The notes under the pieces are model-generated. The model was not told the DNA's origin, did not search any database, and saw only the letters and a program-made list of their open reading frames with translations. The position numbers were made by a program, and so were the translations under genes. DNA of 64,000 nucleotides from Octopus vulgaris (lineage: Eukaryota), in contig OX597823.1 of assembly GCA_951406725.2 (NCBI GenBank), positions 96,844,001 through 96,908,000 of the forward strand, read 5' to 3'. How positions within the stretch are numbered: the first letter of the stretch is position 1; each line of letters begins with the position of its first letter. Of this stretch, positions 1 through 14,770 are shown piece after piece.

Positions 1-438
1 TGTGTCATAAAACCAGGGTTGCCTCAGGTGGGTTGTTACCAAATGGTTTGAGGAATCTTTGTCTTTTTTTTTTTGCTGTTGTTAATTGTGTATTTGGTTC
101 AAGATGGAGTTTTTGTATCTACAATTTGAAACTTAGTTTTATGGAATTTATTTGGAAATGGAAATGTTTTGTAAACTCTTTAAAAGCCTTGGGTTTATGC
201 ACCAATGGCAACTTAGTCTGATGGAGCTTATAAGGCACCTTCACAAGGTAGAACTTTCTGAAAGCCGTTAACCTGTATGTAGATATGAAGAACTTTCTTT
301 TCTCTTAATTACTAAACTACTAACACTCTATGAAGGGAAAAAAATAAAACATTTTATGAATTTCTGCCAGACTGAAATTATTTTCCATCAAAAGAAACAG
401 TTCCACAAAATGTTTAATCAATAAACCTTAGGTTATGC

Positions 439-600
439 CAGTGGTTCCCTGGGATCCACGGACCCCTGGTAGTCTGCAAACGTAGTACTGGGGGTCCGTG
501 AACTAAATTCAAAATTTCATGTATATATATAGATAAGGATAAACATATTAAAAGGGGTCCATGTGAAAGCTCATTTGAATAAAAGGGTTGAGAACTACTG
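439..600. mobile_element. hAT-type MITE
   Basis: Termini CAGTGGTTC...GAACTACTG and an exact 8-bp TSD GGTTATGC at 431-438 and 601-608. Confidence 0.85.
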
Positions 601-607
601 GGTTATG

Positions 608-652
608 CCATGCTGATGATTTCTAAAAGGAATGAAATAGTGCTTTACATGG
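608..652 (+). ncRNA. Minimal type I hammerhead ribozyme motif (Penelope remnant)
   Basis: CCATG-CTGATGA-T TTC taaaag GAA T-GAAA-TAGTGCTT-TA^-CATGG. Stem I is 5 bp, the core is intact and stem III is decayed. Confidence 0.6.
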
Positions 653-733
653 TTGGCACTGACTAGAAATTTTAAGAACTTTATGATAAAAAACAGAAAA
701 TGTGTATTTTTTGTGCATCTTTTTCTTTATCCC

Positions 734-1190
734 TTAACCCTATCACACCATGTTCCTGATTTACCAGGATTAGCATAAATTTAATCTCTACTGGATTCCC
801 AGCAAAGTGCTAATGGATAACATATGCAAATTAAGAAGATAAAATACTAAAAATAGACAACTGGTCATGATGCAGCTTTGTAGTCATGTGACGTGTTTAT
901 GATTCGTTGTTAATGGTGTCCCCCCCCCATGGCTGTTGTTTACTTTTGTTTTTAATTTAATAAAAAGAAAACAATTTTGCCACGAAACAACTGTGTAATG
1001 AATTCAGCATTTTGTCTTGTAAATGAGTAAAGCCTAAACTCTTTGCATTTGAGGAAATTATTGATGATATTTACTCTTTAGATGAAGAGTTTACATTTAT
1101 GGTGGCAATGAGAGTGATTCAGACAATCAAACTTTTGAAAGTGAAGAAGAAAATAGCGATTCTAGTGAACAAATATGGTGGTTGAGGAAG
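734..1190 (+). mobile_element. Possible piggyBac-like 5' remnant
   Basis: TTAA|CCCT at 734 and a degenerate acidic reading (EEIIDDIYSLDEE...ESDSDNQTFESEEENSDSSE) at ~1050-1170, like a piggyBac transposase N-terminus. No right end found. Confidence 0.3.
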
Positions 1191-1904
1191 AGACCTATTA
1201 TTGTTATTCTCCTGAATTTATTTGTGATTCTGTCTGCTTGTTTGCCTGCAATCATTACTTTTGAGCTGTATATGCTACTATTTATTTATTTTTTTTTGCT
1301 CAGGAGCCCAGTTGGAGAGTAAAGTTAGATTTAGGGTCCCAGGTCTGAGAGTCAGTTTCTAACTTCTTATCCATCTAGATACTGTGAAGAGATGATTACG
1401 TTCCTTGTATTAACTGTTCACTAGAGAAGACCTCATGCTTGATGTTTCAGTGTCTAAATGAAATATCTAAACAAGGATTGTACCCTACATCTTGAACTTT
1501 AATTATTTGGTACTTAATAACACCTCTCCATGGTGTTTTTTCTCAGTGTATGATGCTTAGACATCCACCCCATAAGGGAGGTTGTTGGAGTTGAATATAT
1601 CTTACATGACAAGCAAATTCTGCAGAATAGCTGTATGTGATCTCTTTGTTAATATGGCTACAAGAGCTAAGATACCACACATTCTTGCTTCTTCTTCATA
1701 ATCCAGTATTTTTATACCTCATTAAGAATCCTTTTGTTTTGTTTCTGCTTTTTTTGTTTATTTTTATTAGGTATTTAGTTTTGGGTAATTTTGGTTTTAA
1801 TTTTCACTTTGGATCACTACAACATGAACACCACAACTTCCCAAAACCTTTACTCCCAAAATTCTCAGGCAATATTCTTAGTGTTTCCTTTCCATAATTA
1901 AGCC

Positions 1905-1948
<44 letters not shown>

Positions 1949-3046
1949 TGTGTGTGTGTGTGTTAGACTAAGATGAATTACTTTTATCTAACAGCACATA
2001 TTGAGAGGAAGTGTGTGAGTAACATACTCTTTTTATAAAGCCAGGCTTCGTTAAGTGCTTTTAATTGCAAGACTGGATATTGAAGATATATTTTTGGCCT
2101 TTAGCATTAACCTTTCTCTAATGATTATAGAACAATAAAGACTTGGTTGGTAGGAGACTGGACTTCCAGCTGAGAAGTCAGTGGTTTGTATCCTCGTGGG
2201 CCTTGTGTTGTGTCACTCACTAAAACATTTAGCTGTCAACAGCTAAGTCTACCTACCTCCATGTAAGTTAAAGGTACTGAAACAAGTACCCAAGATATGT
2301 TGTTCATTTATTCATTATCATCATCATCATCATCATCGTCATTCATCATCACCATCATTAACATCACCATCATCAATAACATCTTTTTAACTTCCATGCT
2401 TTCACGTGGGTCACATGTGTGTTTGAGGATACATGTGTTTGTGTGTGTGTGTGTGTGTGGTTAAGAAGTTTGGTTCCCAATCTCGTGGTTTCTGGTTCAG
2501 TCCCACTATGTAGTACCTTGGGCAAGTGTCTTTTACTACAGTTCTGGGCCAACCAAAGCCTTGTGAGTGGATTTGGTAGATAGAAGCTGAAAGAAGCAAA
2601 TCATTATGTACGTCATCATCATCATCATCATTTAGTTGTCCATGCTGGCATGGGTTGGACAGTTTGGCCAAGGCTGGCAATCTGGAAGGCCACACCAGAC
2701 TCCAATCTGATTTGGCATGGTTTCTACTGCTGGATGCACTTCCTAATGCCAACCACTCCGAAAGTGTAATGGATGTTTTTATGTGCCACCAGCACAGGTG
2801 CTATTTATGTGACACCAGTATCTGCTACGACTGTGATTTTACTTGGCTCAATGGGTCTTCTTTTCAGGCACAACATAATGCCAACGGTCTCTGTCATTGG
2901 AATCTTATATGTATACCATTCTGCCTAAATAATGGATCTACAAATGCAATATTCCTGCACATCTCACATCTATTTTCATTCCTCCTCTTCACTCCCTATT
3001 TCATATCTTATCCAAATTAACTATTGCTTAACTATTTTCTCGCACC

Positions 3047-3094
3047 GTCTCCGATGAAGGGATATAAAAAATATCCCAGAAACAGCTGTAAGAC
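3047..3094 (+). ncRNA. Minimal hammerhead ribozyme motif (U4C variant)
   Basis: GTCT-CCGATGA-A-GGGATAT aaaaa ATATCCC-A-GAAA-CAGCTG-TA^-AGAC. Stem II is 7 bp and the stem III loop is palindromic. Followed by an AT-rich tail running into (TA)n. Confidence 0.75.
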
Positions 3095-3151
3095 CTATTT
3101 ATAAATGTTCTAAAATCTTCACAGCCTTGATTTTTTATCTTGTTCTGAAAA

Positions 3152-3189
<38 letters not shown>

Positions 3190-4344
3190 CATACAAGCAC
3201 ACACACACACGCACACACACACACACACACACATACACATATATGTGTTACTTGATGACTCTGTCAGTGCAGGTGCCACTTAAAAAGCATCCAGCGCACA
3301 CTGTAAAGTGGTTGGCAATTGAAAGGGCATACAGCTGTAAAAATCTTGCCAAAACAGCCATAGAAGTCTTGTGCAGGCTTCTGCCTGGCCAGCCCCTGTG
3401 AAACCATCCCACCCATGCCAGCATGGAAGGTGAGCATTAAACAATGATGATGATGTAAAGAGCTTCAAATAGTTTCATGCTGTAGAAATACAATGATTTG
3501 GTAGATTCATACAATACATTGTTAGTATCTATAATGGAACGGTAAACACACACACACACACACATTTTCACATTATAAGAATTTTATAAACTTTCAAGAA
3601 AATTTGAAATAATATGTAAATATTGTGTTGCAAGGCCTTTTGGGATGGAAAGACTTTCTCAAGGTGTCACATAATGGGATTGAACCCAAAGTGATGTGAG
3701 CAAGAAGCAAACTTCTTAACCAAGCAGGAACCGTATTGTGAACAGTATGGAATAAAAGTGAAGTTCTTGAGAAACTAATACTTCACCAAAGTTCTGCTTC
3801 CTTATTGCAGACCTTTCGTTTCATGTATGTTACTAATTAGCCAGCAAAGAACTTGAACATCACAGAATCATGTTTCTCATTTCCCTTATAAATTTGAGAG
3901 TGTGGTTATAGGTGAAAACGCTTTCTGAAGAACTACGAATGGAAATGTCTCTTGAAAGGAGAAATAGGTCGTTCTTGAATCATACAATCTGTTTCCTGTA
4001 AATAATGTGTGTGTGTGTATGTGTGTGTGTGTGTGTGTATGTGTGTGTGTGTATGTGTGTGCGTGTGTGTGTGTATGTGTGTGCGTGTGTGTGTGTGTGA
4101 TTATGTGGTAAGGTTTCAACAAGTAGATCAGCTAAGAGAGTAAAGATAATGTTGTGATAAAAACCACAAATCTTGTCAAATTACCCAGGGTTTTCTGGCT
4201 GAAATTATAATTTATTTCACTATTTTTCAAACTGAAAATAAGACCATGTTGTCTTTTGAGCAGATGATATTTAAACAAGAGATGTTAGTAACGAAGAAGA
4301 CAAGAAGAAAAATACAAGGGAGATAATCAATAATTTCATGTCAA

Positions 4345-4388
<44 letters not shown>

Positions 4389-7125
4389 TCTATGCATATA
4401 TAAATATGATATTCTATATAAATATATACGTTTTTATTATTACTTTGCAATTTACGTAATCATCTGTATATTATTGTTATTTTATTTTTAATTTTTCTTT
4501 TATATGTAATTTTCTAGATGGTGTAATTTAATTGTTTCATTTTGATTTGATAAAAGGTGTTTTTTTCTAATTTTTATATATATATTATATTTTGTGAAAT
4601 TTGATTTAGTATTTCTAAATTGAATTTTTCCCTGTTAGGATTAATATTCCCTCAAATAATAATAATAATAATTATTATTATTATTATTATTATATATATC
4701 ATGCATCATCATTATTTTAACATCTACATTTCCTTGCTTGTATGAACCAAACAATGTAAAATCTGCCTCAAATTCATTGAGGCGGGGTTTTCTTTGCAGT
4801 TAGGTTCTCTTTCTGTGGCTAACTTTTGCCTGTTCCCGGGTGAGGTACTATTTTCCCCTACTTTGTCAAACATGAGCTGCACAATGGTCAGGCATGTTTT
4901 TGCGGAAGATTGCAAATGAACAACACCTGTTGAGCAATGCTTGGTATGACAAGGGGACGTAAACTTACACACACACACACATGTACTCATGCGCATGCAC
5001 ACGCACATACACACACACACACACACACTCATGCATAGAATGTACTTCTTTGGATTCCCATCTATCAAATCAATTCCTTGTACCTTCACATCAATATAAA
5101 TATTTCTCCTTCTTCTTTCACTGGCAGGGAAGGCATATACTCACCTCTTCATCAAAACACCTGCTCCAGTCCCTCTAACTTATTTTCTTATCCTTCAATA
5201 TTATACCCTAATTAGTTGAGGTGACTTGTCTTACAGGTAACTGATATGATGAAAAATGTACCCAGTACACTCTGTGAAGTGGTCAACGTTAGGCAGGACA
5301 TCCGCCCATAGAAACCATGTCAAAACAGGCATTGGAGCTTAGTGCAGCTCTTTGGCAAGTCTGTTCATATTAAATTGTCCAACCCATGCCAGCATGGAAA
5401 AAAAGGATGTTAAATGATAATGACTATGATGGTAGATACATGTACACAGGAATATGTGTATTCATATATATACAGTTTATATTTTTGTTTATGTTTATAT
5501 ATATACAGTTTATATTTATTTTTATAATAAAAAAATAAGCAGATATGATAACAGATAATAACTTTATTTATAAAAAAATGCTATTAGGGATATATATATA
5601 TATAATATATGCACACAAAAATATTTATCTATATCTATACACACACACACACTTAAAATGTATGTACATGTGAACGTGCTTGTGAATGTATATTCGTTTA
5701 CAATTAATTGTAAATGCTTTTACAATACTATAAGGGTTCTTCTACTTAATCTCCATTACTTAAGCCACAAGTCATTGAGAGGTTAAACTTTACATGTAAT
5801 TAATTATAGGTGGAGCTCTGGGTGCATGCGTGTGCATGCTTTGTATCTGTGTATGTACTCATGAACGCGAGTGAGTGGTTATCTAGCTAATCTGTCTATC
5901 TATCTATATATATATATGTATATATATAATATATACACATACACACACACACACACACATGTATGTATATATGTATATAAATACATATTTATATACACAC
6001 ACACGCACACATATATATGTATGTATGTATGTGCATGTAGGCATGTGGTTTAGTGGTTAGGGTGTTACTCTCACAATCGTGAGATTGTAGGTTCAATTCT
6101 CAGACCGAGGGTTGCGTTGTGTTTTTGAGCAAAGCACTTCATTTTATGTTGCTCTGCGATCATTTCGTCATCTGACATGTGGCACACGCTGCACCTGTAG
6201 AGGTAATATCGATTTGATGGAGGGCGTGAGCATATGTGTACACAAACCCTTGATCACTATAAACAAATCCTCTGAGCAGTTGTTCGGCAGGAAATTGCTG
6301 AACCCTCAGATGTTGTCTAATGAGAGGAGAGTCCATGATGTGTGTGGAAATGCATGTATGATATCTTTTACCTTCTTTCTTTTACTTGTTTTCAATCATT
6401 CGACTGTGGCCATGCTGGGGCATCGCTTAAAGAATTTTTTATCTCATGAGGCAAAGTGTTTGAGTTCCTTTCAAGTGTTGGATGATCTCACAGAGGCAAT
6501 GACTGAGACCTTTGGCATTATGTCATGCTTGAGAAGAAGATCCATCAAGCGGAGCAAAATCGCAGTCGTGGCAGATACCAGTGTCACGCAAATGGCACGT
6601 AAACGCACCCCGGTATCACGCAAATGACTCCTGTGCCAGTGGCACATAAAAGCATCCATTACACTCTTGGAGTGGTTGGCATTAGGAAGGACATCCAGCT
6701 GTAGAAACCATGCCAAATCAGACTGGAGTCTGGTGCAGCCTTGTAGTGTGCCAGCCCAGTCAACTGTCCAACCCAAGCCAGCATGGACAATAGACATTAA
6801 ACGATGATGATGATGATGAATCGACTCCACTACTTCAATTTTCTTAAACTGGGTACTTAATCTATTGTGTTTGTTGTTAAACACCTAAGTTATGAGGGTG
6901 TAAACCCACCAGCCCTGGTTGTCAAGCAGTGGCGGAGACAGTTGCAAACACACACTCGCATACATATACACAATCGTATATTTTTTCTGTAAAACACATG
7001 TAATAAAAACACACACACACACATACATAAATACAACCTTTCAAGCTTATATATAAACATGCAGTTAGCTTTCAATATTTTGTGCTTATACTTATTCACC
7101 CTTCATTTTCTTTCAATTAAGATAT

Positions 7126-7288
7126 AAATATATATATGCGTATATATATATACACATATATGTATAGGCATATGTATGTATGTATATATATATATATGTA
7201 TGTGTGTATATATATATGTATGTATATGTATGTATGTATATATATATGTGTGTGTGTGTATATATACATATTTGTATGTATATATATA

Positions 7289-7369
<81 letters not shown>

Positions 7370-7478
7370 AGAGAGAGAGAGGGTGGGGAATGTTAAATAG
7401 ATATGAAGATAGATAACTAGACAGAGCAATAGATATTAATAAATACATACATGCACATATAGATATATATAGGATAGA

Positions 7479-7510
<32 letters not shown>
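7126..7510. repeat. Compound (TA)n/(TATG)n microsatellite (representative of dozens of TA, CA, AAT, CAT and GGT tracts)
   Basis: Directly visible. Other large tracts at 18830-19005, 19920-20130, 23320-23990, 31420-31474, 35988-36100 and 55577-55680. Confidence 0.98.
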
Positions 7511-7514
<4 letters not shown>

Positions 7515-8573
7515 TAGACGAGAGAGATTACAAAGAGAAGCAGCTAGACTTTTCTTATTAGACCTAATTTGGGCTATGTCACTTGGTCTGAATCAGATGA
7601 GTGACCTTTCTTCGGCTTTCTTATGACCTCATGATGTCAGTAACAAAACAATGGATATCTTCTTGATTTTTTTTTTTTTTCTGTTCCCACTACTTTAGAT
7701 CCTTCCTGAGAATAGTTGACTGACTTCCACATTTTGAAGTAAGAATGTGACCTATAGAACTATAACATGGTCACTAGGTCTCTAGAAGTGTTGTCATGAC
7801 AACAACAAGACTTCCTTGCAAAGAATGAGTGGTGGTGGAATGTTGGGATTTGCAGAAGAGTGGGAAGTCTTCTAAACTTGATTCAAACCCATTACATGTA
7901 TTGTCTGCCTTTTTTACATGGTCCAGTCATTGGACTGTGGTCATTCTGGAGCGCTGTCTTGTACATTACTGCATATGCTTTATAAGCACTTTTGACAATT
8001 TGCGGTGCACCTGAGCACTGTATACAATAATTTCATTATTATTATAAATCAATCCAATCTTTTTCTTTTTTTTGTCCTAGTCTTGTAGTCTCATGCTTAT
8101 TTTCTTTCACTCCTTTACCAAACTGGTAAGTTACAGAAATATAAACAAACCAATACTGGTTACTAAGACATGCATAAACGTGTGTGTGTGTGTGTGTGTG
8201 TAGATGAGTGTAAGTTTACACATGCATGCATAATTACATGTGTGTGTGTGTGTATCTATTTGTGTATGTGTCAGTTCATTTTGCTTGAGAACCTATGTTG
8301 GTTTGTTTATGTTTTTGCAACTTAGCCGTGAAGCAATGGAAATTGTTGGAATAAGTACCAGCCTTAGAATTATGTACTGGGTGTAGGCTAGTTTCAGCTA
8401 AAACCCTTCTGTGTGGTGTCTCAGCATGGCTGCAGTCCAATGACTTAAACAATTAAAAGAAAAAAGAATGATTAAAAGAAAGAATTAAGGGCAGGATCCT
8501 GTGACCCTTTTTTTCATGGCCTCTGAGACCAAAGATCTGGACAAAATACTTGCAGCAATATCATGCATTTACT

Positions 8574-9190
8574 AAGGTGGCGAGCTGGCAGAAACATTAG
8601 CATGCCAGGTGAAATGCTTAGCGGTATTTTGTCTGCCGTTACGTTCTGAGTTCAAATTCCGCCGAGGTCGACTTTGCCTTTCATCCTTTCGGGGTCAATT
8701 AAATAAGTACCAGTTCCGCAGTGTGGATCGATATAATCGACTTAATCAGTTTGTCTGTCCTTGTTTGTCCTCTCTATGTTTAGCCCCTTCTGGGTAGTAA
8801 AGAAATAGATATTTTGTCTGTCCTTACGTTCTGAGCTCAAATTCCACCGAGGTCAACTTTACCTTTCATCCTTTCGGGGTCGATAAATAAAGTACCAGTT
8901 TCGCACTGGGGTCGATATAATCGACTTAATCCGTTTGTCTGTCCTTGTTTGTCCCCATGTTTAGCCCCTTGTGGGCAATAAAGAAATAAGAAACGCTAGC
9001 ATGTCAGGCAAAATGCTTAGTGGTATTTCTTCTGTCTTTATGTTCTGAGTTCAAATTCTGCCGAGGTTGGCTTTGCCTTTCATCCTTTTGGGGTTGATAA
9101 ATTAAGTACCAGTTGCATACTGGGGTTGATCTAATTGACTGGCCCCCCTCCCCCAAAATTTCAGGCCTTGTGCCTAGAGTAGAAAAGAAT
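8574..9190 (+). mobile_element. Tandem/nested tRNA-derived SINEs with Meta-like central domain (SINE family A)
   Basis: Head GGCGAGCTGGCAGAA..., B-box GAGTTCAAATTCC, and central GGTCGACTTTGCCTTTCATCCTTTCGGGGTCGATAAA..AAGTACCAG repeated three times here. Many other copies, e.g. 14863-15100, 20796-21027(-), 37563-37790, 54020-54255. Confidence 0.85.
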
Positions 9191-9734
9191 ATCAAGCATT
9201 AACTCAGCCCTGCAAGGATGAAAAAGCAAAGTTGGTGCCAGTAAAACTTGAGCCATGAAGGAACTTAATACCCCAGGGAATTAAAATTTTCTTCAGCTCC
9301 CTATTGTTCCTGTCATTCTACTTAATCTTTTTCTCAAATAAATGAATTAGCAAAAACTGGCTGAGCCTTAAATTTAACCCTTTGAAACCTTAACGGTTGC
9401 TCCTCATTTTTGTTTTATGTATTCATATGGTGGAATGATTAACCCCTTTTTAATACCAAGTTGCCTGAGGTTATCCTTGGTTCTGTGATACAAACTATTT
9501 TAACCCTTTAGCATTCAGATTATTTATCAAATGTAAAACGTGTTTATTCATATTCTTTTGAATTAATCATGCATTATCTTGTAGCTTTGATATTTCAGTT
9601 ATGTGACTGTTTATTTTTAGAATAACATTGTAGGATAGGTATGAGGGCCTGGATCTGATCATCATCATCATCATCATCATTGTTTAACGTCCACCTTCCA
9701 TGCTGGCATGTTTGAATATAAAGCAAGTAGAATA

Positions 9735-10313
9735 TCAGGTCATCCCATAAGTTCTGTCCGAATTTTGAATAAAGAAAACAAGTGATCAAATATTATGTTT
9801 AATTGGAATTTAATCATCAATGTACTTTCCCTGATTATCTATGACTTCCTTCCATCTATTTATAAGCTTTTTAATCCCATCAATGTAAAACTCTTTTGGT
9901 TTCAAAGCGACCTCCTCCTGGCTTGTGAAAGTTATGTCCCCAAATGATTCTGTAGACTACGAAACAAGTGGTAGTCTGAAGGAGGAAGGTCGGGAGAATA
10001 AGGGGGATGAGGAATTTTTTCCCAACCAAGCTCTTCGATCTTCTGTGATGTGATCTTACAGTGTAGGGTTGCGCATTGTCCTGATGAAACATAACTCCTT
10101 TTCGATTTACAAAGGTGGGTCTTTTTTCTTCAAAACTTGGTTCAAAAGCTCTAATTGCTGACAGTAGACTTGAGCATTAATTGTTATATTAGGTGGTAAC
10201 AATTCAAAGTGAAATACTCGTTTGCAATCCCACCAGATAGAGAGAAGAACATTTTTTCCATGAAGTTCCTTTCTCGGTTGTGGTTGAGATTTTTCCCTTT
10301 TACCAAGCCACTG
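9735..10313 (-). mobile_element. Mariner transposon remnant (3' half of transposase plus TIR)
   Basis: Minus-strand [47 protein letters not shown] and a frameshifted PYSPDL..SDYHLF. TA followed by TIR-like TCAGGTCATCCCATAAGTTCTGTCCG at 9733. Confidence 0.88.
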
Positions 10314-11614
10314 TATATATATATGTATATATATATATGTTTGTCCCTCAAGCATCACTTGACAACCGATACTGGTGTGTTTACATCCCCGTAACTTAGC
10401 GGTTCGGTGAAAGAGACCTATAGAATAAGTCCTGGGATTGATTTGCTTGACTAAAGGTGGTGCTCCAGCATAACCACAGTCAAATGACTGAAACAAGTAA
10501 AAGAGTAAAAGAGAAGTATGGTGGCAAAAGGGTTAATAAGGACAAAGTTATTTTATTAAATTTTTCATAATTTTCAAAAAGAGTTGAAACAAAAACAGTG
10601 TATTTCAAGAGAAATATAGTGACAAAAGGGTTAAATTGTTGTTTTTAAGAACTAGATGTGGTGGAACTGGAAAATAATTGATAAAACATTAAATAGTTAA
10701 TAGTGTAACAAGCTAGTCTTTTAAGTGTTTTAGCTGACTGCTTTTATTTTATTCAGAGTTTAGGTCTTAAGTATTACACAAACTGTACTAACATGAATAT
10801 TTTGAAAGTATTAAATTTAGTTATGGATAATTGCCAATATCAGAACAAAATCAGAAATGAAATGCTTTTTTTTTTTTTTTAATGACTAATTTTTTATTAT
10901 TATTAGTAAGTGAAAAGTAATAAGTAAAGAATAATAAAACTAACAATTGCAGAATAAATTTTATTGTTTTAATATCTTTTTTTATTAAATTTTGTTCATG
11001 TTTGTTCACAGTTGTGGTTGACATTTTGTATGTCTTTGTGTACTGGAACAATCTTAACTGACCCCATGGTGGGATGTACTTTTTCACACTTTCACACACA
11101 TTATCACACTCTTGGATGTTTTCACATACACACATACAGACACATGCACACACATGCAGATACACATTTTCATATAGAAACACATACACACACAGAAACA
11201 CATACATATACATATGTATGGTTTCACACATTTGTATAGTCACATCCCCATGCACACAGCTCCATACCTGCCTTCACATAACCACACACATGGATTCACA
11301 TTTTCATATTGCCACATAACACACACAGTTTCATGCTTATATTCACACACATACATTCATATAAACACACACACGGCTTCATACTCTCACATAAATGCAC
11401 ACAAATCCACACTGACTGTCTCATGCAGACTTGGAAAAAATATCTCTTACCATCACCAACCATCACTACCACTGCTACCACCACTCCTACCACGACCACC
11501 ACTACTACCACCACTGCCACATACATTCATATATACATGCTGCCTTCCTGTCGTGTTCTTTCTCTCACTTTCCTCAGAAAATAAGTGTTGCCTTACTATT
11601 TTCATACTCCTTTT

Positions 11615-12870
11615 TTAGGGGTCGATAAATTAAGTACCAGTGAAACACTTGGATTGATGTAATCGAGTAGACTCCTCCCCTAAAATTTCAGGCCTTGTAG
11701 TAGAAAGGATTATTATTATTATTATTACTAAAGCAGTGCGCTGGCAGAATTGTTAGCACTTTCATCCTTTCGGGGTCGATAAATTAAGTACCTATTTCTT
11801 TATTACCCACAAGGGACAAACAGAAAGGACAAACTACCCACAGAAAGGACAAACAAACGGATTAAGTCGATTACATCAACCCCAGTGCGTAACTGGTACT
11901 TAATTTATCGACCCCAAAAGGATGAAAGGCAAAGTCGACCTCGGCGGAATTTGAACTCAAAACGTAACGGCAGACTAAATACGGCTACGCATTTCGCTCG
12001 CCGCCTTTTAAGTACCAGTTACGCACTGGGGTCGATGTAATCAACTTAATACCTGTTTGTCCTCTCTATGTTTAGCCCCTTGTGGGCAATAAAGAAATAA
12101 GAATTGTTAGCACCCAGACAAATTGTTTAGTGGCATTTCATCTGTCCTTATGTCCTGAGTTCAAATTCAGCTGTGGCCGACTTTGCCTTTCATCCTTTCA
12201 GGGTCGATAAAATAAATACCTGTCATGAACTGGGGCTGATGTAATCAATTTATTGCCTCCTCCAAAATTTCAGGCCTTGTGCTTATAGTTGAAAGGACTG
12301 TGGCAGAATGATTAGCATGCTGGGTGATAAGTTTAGTGGCATTTCGTCAGTCCTTATGTTGTGAGTTCAAATTCCACAAGGTTGACTTTGCCTTTTGCCC
12401 CTTCAGGGTCAATAAAATAAGTACCAGTTGAGTACTGAAGTCGAATTAATCAACATAGCCCCTCCTCCGATTTTGCTGGCCTTGTGCCAAAATTTAAAAT
12501 CATAAGGCAGCAAGCTGGCAGAATTGTTAGCAGGCCAAGCAAAATGTTCAGTTGCATTTCATCTGTCTTTACATTCTGAGTTCAAGTTCTTCCAAGGTCA
12601 TCTTTGCCTTTCATTCTTTCAGGGTCGATAAAATAGTACCAGTTGAGCACTGGGGTTGATGCAATCGACTATCCCCCTCCAACAAAATTTCAGGCCTTGT
12701 GCCTTTAGTAGAAAGGATTATTTTTATGTTTATTGCACTGAGGTCAACTTGACCTTCCATCTTTTTGGGGTCAATAAATCAAGTACCATTTGAGCCCTGA
12801 GGTTGATATAATTGACTTAATCCCACCTGGAATTACTGGCTTTGTGCCAAAATTTGAAACCATTATTATA
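11615..12870. mobile_element. Dense cluster of family A SINE copies, with one inverted copy (~11792-12000) nested inside
   Basis: Repeated Meta-like domain and B-box motifs on both strands. Confidence 0.8.
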
Positions 12871-12880
12871 ATTATTATTA

Positions 12881-12915
<35 letters not shown>

Positions 12916-13309
12916 GAGTGAGAGAGCAGTGCATGTCATCAAAGTAACACTGGGGTACAAATATATGAAGCCCAATATACCCATCATAACAACCCGCCTG
13001 ATTAGGGTACACCAGACATGCATCACAACCATATGTGCACAACATAGTTATCTCCTGTCAAGATAAACAGCACATCACCTTGCAGGTGGGGCCCAGTTAA
13101 AATGTTCTTCTGATCAAGTAGCCCATCCTGCTCAAAAAGTCCCTGAATAAGGGTTGTTTAAGGATGTTGAACATAATACCCATGTTTCCAGAGGTGAATT
13201 ATTCAAACCCCAAAGAATTCTCCTCAACACATGGCCATAATGCTCCCTCATTACTTCTGCTTGTGATCAGAGATGCACATATAATCAGCCATTAAGGGAC
13301 ATACTCTCA

Positions 13310-13585
13310 TCTTTTGTCACTTTTCCCAAGGCTCCAATAATAATCAGTAGTGTCATGATCTTGTTAATTTCTCCTTCCAGCACTTGAGTATTTCATACTT
13401 CAAGCAGGCATAATACACTGCTTTTTCATTTCCTTTCTGTTTACTCTAGTGTCAAATGGCTATGCTATGTCAATTACAATGCATAATGTCTCCTTTTTGA
13501 CTGCTACAATATCTGGTCTGTTACATTTTATTCTCTTAATTTGTATAGAAAAATCCCACTACAGTCTCATTTCCTCATTCACAAG
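13310..13585 (-). mobile_element. Dong/R4-like non-LTR retrotransposon remnant (REL endonuclease)
   Basis: Minus-strand VNEEMRL*WDFSIQIKRIKCNRPDIVAVKKETLCIVIDIA/PFDTRVNRKE, i.e. the 'RPDIV...IDIAxP' REL motif. Confidence 0.75.
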
Positions 13586-14639
13586 GGTGAGCCATCAGAA
13601 TTGATTGAGACTGGATAAATTGCTTTGCAGCATTGATTCCAGCCTTTATGTTCTTAGTTGAAATCCTGCTGAGGTGAACTTTGTCTTTCATCCTATCAGA
13701 GTTAATTAAATAAGTACCAGTCATGTACTATGGTCAATGTAATTGAGTAACCCACTTCCTCTAAAAATGTTGGCCTTTTGCTTAAATTAGAAATAATTGA
13801 TTTCAAATTTTGGCACAAGGCCAGCAATTTTGGGGGAGAGGATAAGTCAATTTGATTGACCCCAGCACTCAACTGGTATTTATTTGAATGCATCTGAAAG
13901 AATAAAAGGTAAAGTCGACCTCTGTGGAATTTGAACTCAGACCCCAAAAGCAGATGAAGCACTGCTAAGCATTTTGCCCAGCATGCAACCATTTTGCCAG
14001 CTCACCACCTTCCTGATAATGATCAATATTATTGAATGTAGTCAGGTGGTGGCCTGACAGACTTGTTAGAAGGCTGGGCAAAATGCTGAGTAGCATTTTG
14101 TCCGTCTTTACATTCTGAGTTCAAACTCTGCTGAGGTTAACTTTGTCCTTCACCCTTTTGAGCTCCATAAAATAAGTACCAGTTGAGCTCTGGGGTTGAT
14201 GTAATCAACTAACTCACAGTAAAATTGCTGGCCTTGTGCCTAAATCAGAAACAATTACTATTATCATATTTTACTTCTCAAACCTCTTGACTTTACTTGC
14301 TCCAGTTAATTCTGTGAGAGTGGTCAGCAGCCTGTTGCCAAAGGTCTTACTGGATGTCTTTCCACATTGCTTATCACCTGAGTACCAATCACAAAACCCT
14401 TGCAGTCCCCAATAAAGCAGCTTTTGAGCATGTTTTCTCCTCATGTCAATCCCAATTTCTCTGACGGGTTCTCAAACCTGGTTGTTAGTGCTTGCAGTGC
14501 TCCTACAACTAATGAGATGACAGTTGTTCTCTTCATTTTCCACATTCTTGTAATTTCATATTATCATCATTGTCATCATCATCATCATTATTGTTGTTGT
14601 TGTTGTTAACTTTTATTTTTTATTTTTATTTTTATTTAG

Positions 14640-14770
14640 TGTACTAATCGGTGCTCCTAAAGATAATTATGACCAGTGTAAAAACTCAGGCTTTAGCAAG
14701 ACAGGTGTCATCTTTTCCTGTTCATCAACTACTGATGACTCCTGCTCAAAATTCTGTGTCCATAATTTAG
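14640..14770 (+). CDS. Integrin alpha subunit, internal exon A (first FG-GAP blade)
   Basis: T-rich tract and AG at 14638-39, GTAAG at 14771. Translates VLIGAPKDNYDQCKNSGFSKTGVIFSCSSTTDDSCSKFCVHNL, matching the integrin 'LLVGAP...GAVYxC...C' pattern. Phase 2 in, phase 1 out. Confidence 0.9.

Noticed and set aside
1637-1897. Hydrophobic ORF as integrin exon 1 (signal peptide)
   Set aside because: No FNxD or FGYS motif and no suitable phase-2 donor. Hydrophobicity comes from T-rich sequence, so exon 1 is probably upstream of the window.
7103-7448. Many ORFs rich in YI/HT/CV/M/V repeats across the window
   Set aside because: They are translations of microsatellites and SINEs, not genes.
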